Source: Candidatus Delongbacteria bacterium
Lineage (GTDB): Bacteria; CAIWAD01
Assembly (NCBI GenBank): GCA_963663545.1
Contig: OY760505.1
Coordinates: forward strand, 2,144,001-2,208,000
Direction: 5' to 3'
Length of the DNA stretch: 64,000 nucleotides
Part shown: in pieces, positions 51,401-59,035 of the stretch
How positions within the stretch are numbered: the first letter of the stretch is position 1
How the letters are laid out: the number at the start of each line of letters is the position of its first letter
Position numbers and translations under genes: made by a program
The notes under the pieces: model-generated
Databases searched by the model: none
What the model was told of the DNA's origin: nothing
Seen by the model: only the letters and a program-made list of their open reading frames with translations

Positions 51401-52929
51401 CGTCTTGACTTTGTATCACCGTGTTTCAAACCGCGCTTGATCATGGCGTAGGTCATGATCGGAACCAGGAACGTGGCCACCAGCAGTGACACAATCAGAG
51501 TGATGGCAATGGTGGTCGGGAAAGGTTGGGTGAAATCGCCAGCAATGCCGGTCATCAGGTAGCTCATCGGCAGAAAGGCTGCTATGATGGCCAGAGTAGC
51601 GCTGATCACGGGAATGAAGACTTCGCTTACGCTGCGACTGGCTGCCTCGCGCGGTGACACACCTTGATCCAGCTGCTCGACATAATTGTCCACCACGACA
51701 ATGGTGTTGTCCACTACCATGCCCAGCACGACAATCAGCGCGGCGAGGGATACGGTGTGCAATTCAATACCCACCGCGTTCAGCAACCCGATGGAGATCA
51801 GCACAGTGATCGGGATGGTCAGTGCCGCAATAGAGGCGACGCGCAGAGGGAGTAGAAGCATGGTCACAAGCACAACAGCGATGACGGCAATCAGGAATTC
51901 GTGAAGGAAGCCACTGACCGAGTTGTCCACAGCAAGCGGCATGTCGGCGATGGTGTCCACTTCCACATCGGGCGGCAACTGTTGTCTCACTTCCGCGAGC
52001 ACTCGGTCCACCTCTTTGCCGAACTGGACGATATTGTTGCCCTGATTCATCTCCAGTGTCAGGATCAGACAGGGCTCACCGTCAATCTGCACGTAGGAGT
52101 CCACATCCTCGTATTCGCGTGATACACGAGCCACATCCTTCAGACGCACAGCAATACCGCGAGGATCTGTGTAGACGATCTGATTGGCGATGTCGCTTTC
52201 GCTGTCGAAGCGCGCAGGAAGATGAATCGGTAACTCCGCAGCGCCCAGCTCAAGATCACCGGCGTAGCTCACTTCGCCTTCCAGACGAAGCGCCGCCAGC
52301 AGTGCCACGGGGCTGATGCCGTAATACGTCAGCTTCTCGTTGTCCAGGTAGATGCTGATCTGTTCCTGCTGCAGTCCCATATGTTTGAGTGTCGAGAGTG
52401 CCGGGAGTTCACGAAGGTGGTCTTCCAACAAGTCCAGGTACTCCTTCAACTCCCGCTGGCCGCGACCGGGGGCGTGCAGAGCCATCACCAGGGCTGCCGC
52501 ATCACCAAACTTGTTGTTAGCGATAAGCGCCAATACGCCCCTTGGCAAGCCCATTTTCAACTCATTCAAGCCGTGTCTCACGTCCAGCCAAAAGGCGTCC
52601 ACATCCTTCACGTTGTCGCGCAACTCGACAAAAAGGTACATGCGGCCTTCCTGAGAGATCGACCAGGTCTCATCGCGGTTGACCTGTTCAAAGGAGAAGA
52701 GGAATTCCTCCACCTTGCGGGTCAGTTGCTCTTCGACTTCTGCTGATGTAGCACCGGGATACACGCCGACCACCAGACCTTCGCGCACGACGAGCTCGGG
52801 AAACTCCTGGCGCGGCATCACCAGCAAGGCGTAGATGCCAAAGAGCATGCACAGAGCGCAAAGGGTCAGAATGATCTGTCGCCTGCGCATGGCCCAGGCA
52901 ATCAGTGAATCAAGCCAGGGCAGTCTCAT
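48487..52929 (-). CDS. RND efflux permease (AcrB family) fused to a C-terminal TolC-family domain
   Basis: GMVVDNTIVVVDN and RMRPIFLT RND motifs. After about aa 1050 come LTLQDCQALALQHN, VTQPLFAGGRI and LSVPLTDWWG OEP motifs, all in one reading frame. Confidence 0.9.
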   Translation of the reverse strand: MRLPWLDSLIAWAMRRRQIILTLCALCMLFGIYALLVMPRQEFPELVVREGLVVGVYPGATSAEVEEQLTRKVEEFLFSFEQVNRDETWSISQEGRMYLFVELRDNVKDVDAFWLDVRHGLNELKMGLPRGVLALIANNKFGDAAALVMALHAPGRGQRELKEYLDLLEDHLRELPALSTLKHMGLQQEQISIYLDNEKLTYYGISPVALLAALRLEGEVSYAGDLELGAAELPIHLPARFDSESDIANQIVYTDPRGIAVRLKDVARVSREYEDVDSYVQIDGEPCLILTLEMNQGNNIVQFGKEVDRVLAEVRQQLPPDVEVDTIADMPLAVDNSVSGFLHEFLIAVIAVVLVTMLLLPLRVASIAALTIPITVLISIGLLNAVGIELHTVSLAALIVVLGMVVDNTIVVVDNYVEQLDQGVSPREAASRSVSEVFIPVISATLAIIAAFLPMSYLMTGIAGDFTQPFPTTIAITLIVSLLVATFLVPIMTYAMIKRGLKHGDTKSRRPSMLDHMQILYDRLLGQAFRHKAVVVLFALGMLVLTLILGSGLDNQFGPKMDRNQFAVEIYLANGSSLDRTAQAADSLQNLLLTDARVTHVTAFVGTSSPRFHTLYAPQVPGSNYAQLIVNTADDDATVELVQEYADSYQSPIPEATCRFRRIFFGVAKSPVEVRLTGKDLPVMHQTAEEIKSRLRAIEGVGWVRDDFGMQLHGLRLVVNEDEANRLGISKSAIAYTVAAATEGLPLATVWEGDYPVGVRLKQLDSEVQNSDDLLNIYVNSWLGSRSARVRNLTTLQPDASEGHIMHRNGVRCITVSADLTQQGRSHRVMHELAPQLAAMQLPPGISLSYGGDFKDSQDNYIPLAKSLAVSVAVIFFILLFQFSTIRLAMLVMSIIPLCLFGAVIGLISMGYPFSLTAFIGVISLVGMVIRNGIIYMDYAEHLRTRQGMTLEEAAMAAGRRRMRPIFLTASAAAVGVIPMIVSRSPLWGPLGTVVCFGLLLTMLLTLVVLPVLYSLLGPGRSKDSSHVSHVAGLFLLLLMTASVTHPAQAQTRLTLQDCQALALQHNAEYLNAQEELKAAREVRGEARTHYFPSASASILAMRAKDPMIEIEMEGGNLPVYDGNPANIASASQYAYFPGVELGMLDELSLGSVTVTQPLFAGGRIINGNRLAQVGVEVREQQLALKHEEMHVDVEARYCQLIALDQQLSTLDAYEQMLLELEAQVTDAYQGGLVLRNDLLKVQLERGRVQVNKTRLRNGRHLAQMAFCQFLGLERDTDIELQPLSFSQGGDTLQKVDHALALTTRHETLLLAYASRAAELNQTLALGECLPTLAIGVTVYRMTLDDKEAENNALGFLSLSVPLTDWWGGSHKIAAERGHRRIAETNQADKAELMLVQMDKCWLEYCVTCDQLELMNHNLELAQQDASVSEDSYQNGVISMSELLEARAGVLKAQSELIDARIELRMASLRYLQATGQLRP

Positions 52930-53981
52930 TAGTGTTCGCTCCCCGTGCTGATTAGTGTAACACGCGCGCCGTCGTAGAGCATGTGCATTCCGCCAGTAAC
53001 CACCTGCTCGCCAGTGTCCAAGCCTTCTAGAACGGCCAGGTTATCACGCAAGAGAGGGCCCCGTGTCACATTGCGGCGCTGAGCCACCCCGTTGTGTATC
53101 ACGTACACCCAGGAATTTCCAGCGTCGTCCAGCACCATGGCTTGCACGGGGATTTGGACCAGCGATTGGGCGGGACGATGGAGCAGAACCTCGCAGAGCA
53201 TGCCCGGCCGCACGCGCTGCTCGGGGTTCGCCATGCGTAGCTCAACCTGATAAGTGTGTGACAGGGCATCCGCCACCACACCGATCTGGCGTACGCGTCC
53301 CTGCCGTGCTACACCGGACAGTGCGGGAATGCGAATGTCAGCGATCATGCCAAGCGACAACTCATCGATCTCGCTCTCGTGAACGGCAATGCGCGCGTTC
53401 AGACTGTCGACCTGCACAATGGTCAGCACGGCCATGCCAGGAAGGGCGCCGCTGCCTTCCTCGAGGCGGCGACTACCGACGTAGCCATCGCGGAGCGCGT
53501 GAAGACTACAATCAGCGAGATTCTGCTGGGCTTGTTGCCACACGGCCTCGCTCTGGCTGAGCTGCGATTCTACCTTGACCATTTCGATGTCGGGCAGGTT
53601 GCCGCGCTCGTGAATCGGGCGTAGCCGTGATACAGCGTCCAGCGCGCGGTCATGGGCGGCTTCCGCGGCCTGCAGTGCGTTACGGAAAGTGCTGTCGTCA
53701 AGCCTGGCCAGCAGCTGGCCGGCGTGAACCGGCTGGCCTTCCTCAACCAGCACTTCCTGCACGATTCCCTGCACGGCGAAAGCCTGAGGCTGGCTACTAA
53801 CGGCGTCCACCACTCCGCTGTAGCTCATTTCACTTGTGTAGTGCACGGCTTTCACTTGCTGCACGCTAACGCGCACGCTGCGCGGAGGGTCGACTGATGC
53901 TTCGCTAGCTGGCTGACAGCTACTCAGTACAAGCAGGCACACGAGGGTGAGCCCAAGAGTGGCGATTCGGATCCCGCACAT
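52929..53981 (-). CDS. RND periplasmic adaptor (MFP) lipoprotein
   Basis: Lipobox LSSC, VEEGQPVHAGQLLARLD, RPGM and GLDTGEQVV. Confidence 0.92.
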   Translation of the reverse strand: MCGIRIATLGLTLVCLLVLSSCQPASEASVDPPRSVRVSVQQVKAVHYTSEMSYSGVVDAVSSQPQAFAVQGIVQEVLVEEGQPVHAGQLLARLDDSTFRNALQAAEAAHDRALDAVSRLRPIHERGNLPDIEMVKVESQLSQSEAVWQQAQQNLADCSLHALRDGYVGSRRLEEGSGALPGMAVLTIVQVDSLNARIAVHESEIDELSLGMIADIRIPALSGVARQGRVRQIGVVADALSHTYQVELRMANPEQRVRPGMLCEVLLHRPAQSLVQIPVQAMVLDDAGNSWVYVIHNGVAQRRNVTRGPLLRDNLAVLEGLDTGEQVVTGGMHMLYDGARVTLISTGSEH

Positions 53982-54044
53982 TGCACTTTCCTTTTCGTCT
54001 ATTCGAATGAATCCGTTTTTTGTTCGAGAGCAAGTCAAAAAAAA

Positions 54045-54632
54045 TCAAGGCATCAAGCCGCGTACCACCAGGTCACCAATTGCCATGATGCGTCGTGAAT
54101 CGTCGTCTTCGCTATCCGAAATCAGTAGATCGATGGTAAGGCTGCGCAGGCTGGAAGAGATGATATAGGCGATGTCGCTCTGTTCCTGCGCCGTGCAGGT
54201 TTTGAAGATGCCTCGTTCAATTCCGTCGGCAATCAGCTCGCGCACCAGCTGGATCTCGTCCTGATCAAAGAGCAGACGGTAGGTGTAGACAATGTTGCGG
54301 TCTTCGCGCGCGTCCATGCGCAGGGTGTTGAAAAGCATGACACGGCGGCGTGCCTCGCTGTACATCAGCTGGAAGTAGCGCTTCAGCTTCTCTGCAGGAC
54401 CACTTTCCTTGGCCAGTTCCCGACGCAGCAACTCGCGCACTTCGGCGATTTGGCCCTCTAGCACAGAGGAGAAAACCTCTTCCTTGTTGCGGAAATAGTA
54501 GTAGAGCGTAGCCTTGCCTTTGCCGGCTTCCTGGGCGATGTCTTCCATGGTGGCGCGTTTGTAGCCCCAGCGCTGGAAGACGCGGGTTGCCGCTACGGTG
54601 ATTTGGGCGCGCACATCCTGATCGATAGCCAT
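54045..54632 (-). CDS. TetR/AcrR family regulator
   Basis: GYKRATMEDIAQEAGKGKATLYYYFRNKEEVF HTH. Confidence 0.95.
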   Translation of the reverse strand: MAIDQDVRAQITVAATRVFQRWGYKRATMEDIAQEAGKGKATLYYYFRNKEEVFSSVLEGQIAEVRELLRRELAKESGPAEKLKRYFQLMYSEARRRVMLFNTLRMDAREDRNIVYTYRLLFDQDEIQLVRELIADGIERGIFKTCTAQEQSDIAYIISSSLRSLTIDLLISDSEDDDSRRIMAIGDLVVRGLMP

Positions 54633-54642
54633 ACTCGAATTC

Positions 54643-54695
54643 TCGAATGATTTCGTTCGGAAGTCGAGAATAATAGCTTGATCTTGAATTGTCAA
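54643..54695 (-). promoter_or_regulatory. tetR promoter with overlapping candidate operator
   Basis: The minus strand has TTGACA-N17-TATTCT. A 27-bp box at 54643-54669 is repeated at 54003-54029. Confidence 0.6.
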
Positions 54696-54766
54696 GAGGG
54701 AGCTTGTACACCTTTCATCGTGACTTCCGGCTTCATTCTGATTTGACCTTCGCGGCGCGGATGAAA

Positions 54767-54798
54767 AGAAAAGCCCGGCTCAACGAGTCGGGCTTTCT
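54767..54798. terminator. Intrinsic terminator for the large minus-strand gene
   Basis: AAAGCCCGGCTC-AAC-GAGTCGGGCTTT with an A-rich 5' flank, which is a U-tail on the minus strand. Confidence 0.7.
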
Positions 54799-54818
54799 AG
54801 TGTCACTCGACTGAATCG

Positions 54819-57800
54819 CTACTTGAGCAGCGACTCCTGCTGTATTACGGACCTCACTTCGGGCACAGAGCTGGCGACGACTCGTTCGTCATCAACGACT
54901 GCTACCACGTAGAGGAAACCAGTGTTTGTCAGGCCATAGTCGCTGAAGCGCAGGACACACTCTGATGTAAGCGCGTCATAGGTTTCGGCCAGCGTATAGC
55001 TCTCGGCATAAGGATCCGCGCTCACATAGAGCTTGTAGCCACTTAGGGTAATAGGATCACCATTCACATCGGTGCTCACGGGATCCCAGCTGACTTGGGC
55101 CAGCACCTCACCATTTGGCAGAACAGCGGAAGTGATACTCAGGTTCATCGGCACCGCCGGGGGAGGAGTTGGTGCCGAGACGCTCAGCGAGTAGTTGCCT
55201 AGGCTGCTGTTCACGCCCGTGATCCAGATCCAGTAGTTGCCAGCCTCAAGCTCGGTGGTTATCTGTGAGTGTGTGCCACAGAAATCGTCGTTGTGGGCAA
55301 TCACGTTGCCTTCTGTCGGGCAGGCATCGTAGATGTAGAGGTCCGTGTTGAAGCGGAAGTTGCTTCCGCAAAGGCTGACAATAACCTCGCCCGCCTCTTC
55401 CACAACGAGCTCGTAGAAGACATCAGGAGCTTCGCTGCCCAGAATGTTCTCCTTACCGATAGTGGTTCCAGTAGCTTCCTCGCCCACGTGTATCACGGGA
55501 GCATCAGCACAGTAGTCAATGTGACAGCCGACAGTCAGCTCGTAGTTCCCCTCCGCTTCGTGATAGCCCGTCACCAGTAGCCAGTACTCCACACCTGCAG
55601 ACAGATCATGGTCGATCATGGAATACTCGCCGCAATAATCATTGTTGAAGGTAAGCGCGTGGCCGCCACTGGTGGGACAGTCGTCATAAAGGATCATGAA
55701 AGAGTTGTAGTCCGTGCCCGGATTGCAGAGGCTGAACACGGCAAGCATGTCGTGATCCGGAGTGAAGGTGTAGAGGTCATCACCCGCATCCTGGAAAGTC
55801 CAGTTCGGACCGCCCACGGTAGTACCGGTATAGGTGCCTCCGCAATTCATCTCCACACCAAAATCGCAGGCACTTAGGTTTTCGCAAGTCAGGCTCAGCT
55901 CGAAGTCGCCCTCGTCCTCTGCGTCGTAGCCATTGACTACCAGCCAGTATTTATGGCCAGCCCACAAGTTGTGCTGAATCAGCGATTGGCTGTTGCAGTA
56001 GTCGTCGTTCAGGTCGATCAGTTGTCCACCCTCGCCGGGGCAACCATCAAACAGCGCCAGCTGGGTATCGAAGTTGGTGTTCGGGCTGCAGAGGCTGAAG
56101 GTGGCTTCCACATTGAGCAGTGGCGCATACGTGTAGAGCACATCACCTGCGGGAGTATCGTAGTAGTTAGCCGCTCCCACCGTGCTACCACTGACCACAT
56201 CGCCACTAGCAAGTGCAACACCGATGTCGCAGGGATTATGGACGCAGCTCAGGCTGAGCTCGTAGTCGCCCCAGTAATGGATATCATTGACGGCAAAACC
56301 CGTCACCAGCAGCAGATACTGTGTTCCACCCGTCAGCTCCACTTCGAGCTCAGACTGCTGATCACAGAAGTCGTCGTTGCTGGCAATCAAGTTTTCTGCG
56401 GATGTATCACAGCCCTCGTAAAGATTGAGAATCGTGTCGAAGTTGGTGCCCTCGTGACACAGACTGAAAGTCGCCGTGACATCAAACTCGGGCGTGTAGG
56501 TGAAAGGCGCATCGTGGGCGATCGTGCCGCCCCAGTCAGCATCGTAGTGTGTACTACCGGTGATCTGGTCGCCGCAGTGCAGCTCGATGGCGGCATCACA
56601 CACACTCAGGGCCGTGCAGCCGCCCACCTCGAGCACATAGTCTCCCTCGCTGACGCCATAGCCTTCGACCACCAGCCAGTACTCCACACCTGCCCACAGA
56701 TTCGCCGACAGGGAAGACTGCATGCCGCAGCTGTCGTCATTGTAGTCCAGCAGCACGCCATTGGAAGGACAGCCGTGATACAGCGACAGGTAGGTGTCGA
56801 AGTTCGGATCACTGTCACACAAACTGAACCAGGCAGACATGTTTTCATCAGGTGTGAGGGTGTAGAGCATCTCGCCCGAGGCCTGGCCAAACCAGTTGAC
56901 GGCGTTCGCAGTGCTCCCGCCGACCACATCGCCGCAGCTGATGGGTGTGCCATAGTCGCAGGGATCGGGCGTGCCCCAATCCAGATTCAGGCTGAAGCAA
57001 CCCTCGCTACTGCCGTTGCCCTCAACCACGATGTAGTACAGCCCGGGAGCCAGCAGGAGATTCTCGATCTTCGAGGGCGGAATGTCCGTGTAGGCCTCGG
57101 GGCAATAGCCAAGCGGCCCGTCGTCATTGAAGGCGATCTGGTTTCCGGTGTCCGGGCAGCCGTCGAAGACGCGCAGGTAGGTGTCGTGTTCAACCATCCA
57201 ACTGCACAGATCGATCGTCAGCGCCACGGGGTCGTCTACCTGCAGCGCGTAAATGGCATCGCCGGCCGGGTTGCCGACGTGGTTGAGTCGCTGATAGTTG
57301 CAGCCTTCTACCTCTGTGTCCACGCTGGTCAGCACGGGAACGTCCTCGCAGAACCAACCGGCGGGACAGTCTTCCACTGACACGGAAAGGTGATAGCCGA
57401 CGGGCGTCTCGATGCCGGTAAAAAGCTGAGGTGCGACCGCAATGATGTAGCTGCCCGGCTGCAGGCACTCACTAGTAACACTCAGCTCGCCGCGGCCCAT
57501 GTCATGGCCGAGCACGTCATTCTCGGACACACCAGCGGCCAGCTCGATCACGTAATCCAGCGTACTGTAGGCGGAGACGGTGATGACGCCCTGCTGGGTC
57601 AAGGTGAACTCGTAATGGTCTGTATCACGCTCGGATGAGCCGAACTCCGGATCAAAGGTGAAGTAGTCGCCGCAGATCTCTGTTCCCATCGGCATGAACT
57701 CCCCATTGAAGCCGGAGTTGATGTTGTCAAAGCCGTAGAGATCTGTGACGATGGGCTCGTTCTCCTGTGGCAGCCCTGCGCAGTCGTAGGGCGAGAGTTC

Positions 57801-58313
57801 GGGGTAGTGAAAGACGTGTAGGAAGTACTCCCCCTCCGCACCGTCTTCGTAGTAACCGCCGTCGATCACCAGGTAGTACTGCCCGGGCTCCAGCCAGTAA
57901 TCCCGAATGCAGGAATCCCCACCGCCGTGGAAGTCAGAGTCGCAGGTGAGCAGATACTCATCTGCATCTGCTAGAAAGAGCTGGGTATCGAAAAGCGATC
58001 CCTTTAGATCAAAGGTGTAGAAGGCGGCCTCAGTGACGGCCACCGTGTAGGCCACGTCCGCCGATTCCGAGGTCCAGGTCGGGCAGGGAATCTGATAGTC
58101 GTTTGCGTATCCGACGGTGGTGCCACGCACTTTGGAGGGCGAAGTCAGGGACGGCGCATTCTCGATGGTATCACCGCCCTGATATGTTGTGTAATCCGAG
58201 ATCGTGTCATAGTACTGGGGATAATCTGTTCTCAGGCGTGCTTCGACAGTAACCGGAGCCAGCATCCCCACAAGCAGACCGAGGCTCAACAGCGATTTGC
58301 AGTACAAGTTCAT
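54819..58313 (-). CDS. Large secreted Cys-containing PPC-like repeat protein with SWD...PY C-terminal domain
   Basis: Signal peptide and about 8 repeats of ~120 aa (GST...D..Y...SLC...FDT.L.LY.GCP...NDD.C...L.AG..YWLVV.GY). Start is 58313 (GGAGAG RBS) or 58325. Confidence 0.85.
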   Translation of the reverse strand: MNLYCKSLLSLGLLVGMLAPVTVEARLRTDYPQYYDTISDYTTYQGGDTIENAPSLTSPSKVRGTTVGYANDYQIPCPTWTSESADVAYTVAVTEAAFYTFDLKGSLFDTQLFLADADEYLLTCDSDFHGGGDSCIRDYWLEPGQYYLVIDGGYYEDGAEGEYFLHVFHYPELSPYDCAGLPQENEPIVTDLYGFDNINSGFNGEFMPMGTEICGDYFTFDPEFGSSERDTDHYEFTLTQQGVITVSAYSTLDYVIELAAGVSENDVLGHDMGRGELSVTSECLQPGSYIIAVAPQLFTGIETPVGYHLSVSVEDCPAGWFCEDVPVLTSVDTEVEGCNYQRLNHVGNPAGDAIYALQVDDPVALTIDLCSWMVEHDTYLRVFDGCPDTGNQIAFNDDGPLGYCPEAYTDIPPSKIENLLLAPGLYYIVVEGNGSSEGCFSLNLDWGTPDPCDYGTPISCGDVVGGSTANAVNWFGQASGEMLYTLTPDENMSAWFSLCDSDPNFDTYLSLYHGCPSNGVLLDYNDDSCGMQSSLSANLWAGVEYWLVVEGYGVSEGDYVLEVGGCTALSVCDAAIELHCGDQITGSTHYDADWGGTIAHDAPFTYTPEFDVTATFSLCHEGTNFDTILNLYEGCDTSAENLIASNDDFCDQQSELEVELTGGTQYLLLVTGFAVNDIHYWGDYELSLSCVHNPCDIGVALASGDVVSGSTVGAANYYDTPAGDVLYTYAPLLNVEATFSLCSPNTNFDTQLALFDGCPGEGGQLIDLNDDYCNSQSLIQHNLWAGHKYWLVVNGYDAEDEGDFELSLTCENLSACDFGVEMNCGGTYTGTTVGGPNWTFQDAGDDLYTFTPDHDMLAVFSLCNPGTDYNSFMILYDDCPTSGGHALTFNNDYCGEYSMIDHDLSAGVEYWLLVTGYHEAEGNYELTVGCHIDYCADAPVIHVGEEATGTTIGKENILGSEAPDVFYELVVEEAGEVIVSLCGSNFRFNTDLYIYDACPTEGNVIAHNDDFCGTHSQITTELEAGNYWIWITGVNSSLGNYSLSVSAPTPPPAVPMNLSITSAVLPNGEVLAQVSWDPVSTDVNGDPITLSGYKLYVSADPYAESYTLAETYDALTSECVLRFSDYGLTNTGFLYVVAVVDDERVVASSVPEVRSVIQQESLLK

Positions 58314-58406
58314 CCGACTCTCCATCTGAAACGTGACCGGCAGCCGCTTTGTGCCAGTCGACTATTGTGAACGGAAGTTCGCTTTCCAATCCAACTTGGA
58401 ACGGGT

Positions 58407-58423
58407 GGCAAACGATATGCCAA
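58407..58423 (-). promoter_or_regulatory. Sigma-54-type promoter for the repeat protein
   Basis: The minus strand reads TTGGCATATCGTTTGCC (TGGCA...TTGC, GG-N10-GC). Confidence 0.65.
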
Positions 58424-58559
58424 AATCGTCACAAGAAACATTGTTTAACTATCGCGGCTGATGGACTCTTCCTCGGACAAACCTTGTAGGCGCGTTGTAT
58501 CGGATTGGGCATGGGGAAACACCGTGTTCAGTATAAAGAACGTCTGAGGAGCAAGAATT

Positions 58560-58683
58560 GTGGGGAGTTTCGGTGGCCCGAGGAATGGCTGGTGGTGGCC
58601 ACGTGATCCATGGTTCTCCTGAAGTAAAACGCTGTGAGCCTGTGACACAATCAAACCGGAAGGCTCGGGCTTTCCGGTTTTTT
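58560..58683 (+). promoter_or_regulatory. Tryptophan attenuator-like leader (trpL-like peptide 58560-58622, antiterminator and terminator)
   Basis: GAGGAG RBS, GTG-start MGSFGGPRNGWWWPRDPWFS*, GAGCCT/AGGCTC alternative pairing, and an AAACCGGAAGGC-TCGG-GCTTTCCGGTTTTTT terminator. Confidence 0.7.
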
Positions 58684-59035
58684 ACGTTGTGGTTGGCTCG
58701 CTTGTTGATGCTCGAAATTCACACGCCGCTGGGGCAACATGGGACTATTCTGAGCGCGGTCTTACACGCACGCAGGCCATTTGCCGCGAGTACAGTATCT
58801 GGAAAGTGCTTATTGCTGTTCCCGCCAAGTGACCTATCAAATACCCATCAAATAAGACTCAGATTTGTATGTATTTGATAACAGTGATGATAGATATCGT
58901 GGGAGATGCAGATTGAAAGGACCCGTCAAATACAGTTCAAACGGCTTTGTGTATTTGTGCAAGGTGCTCACGCCTCCTGCTGTGGACTGGATTTAGAAGC
59001 ACGCCCTAGATCTAAGCTGGCATGGAAGCACAATG

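Larger units (their letters stand above)
57..58648. repeat. Dispersed highly iterated 7-bp degenerate palindrome GTRWYAC (dominant form GTGATAC/GTATCAC)
   Basis: About 100 GTGATAC/GTATCAC copies counted by eye, plus many GTGACAC/GTGTCAC, GTGTTAC/GTAACAC and GTAATAC/GTATTAC copies. Confidence 0.9.

Noticed and set aside
55953..57380. 475-aa + strand ORF
   Set aside because: Antisense of the PPC-like repeat gene.
57..58648. GTGATAC as a Chi/KOPS-type polar motif or a matS site
   Set aside because: The two orientations are about equally frequent and the consensus is self-complementary, unlike strand-skewed Chi/KOPS. It does not match the 13-bp matS GTGACRNYGTCAC.
58558..58878. 106-aa TTG-start ORF
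   Set aside because: It runs through a strong terminator and has no features. The overlapping GTG-start Trp-rich leader explains the RBS better.
58835..58960. Integron attC site
   Set aside because: No convincing RYYYAAC...GTTRRRY ends, no cassette array and no integrase in view.
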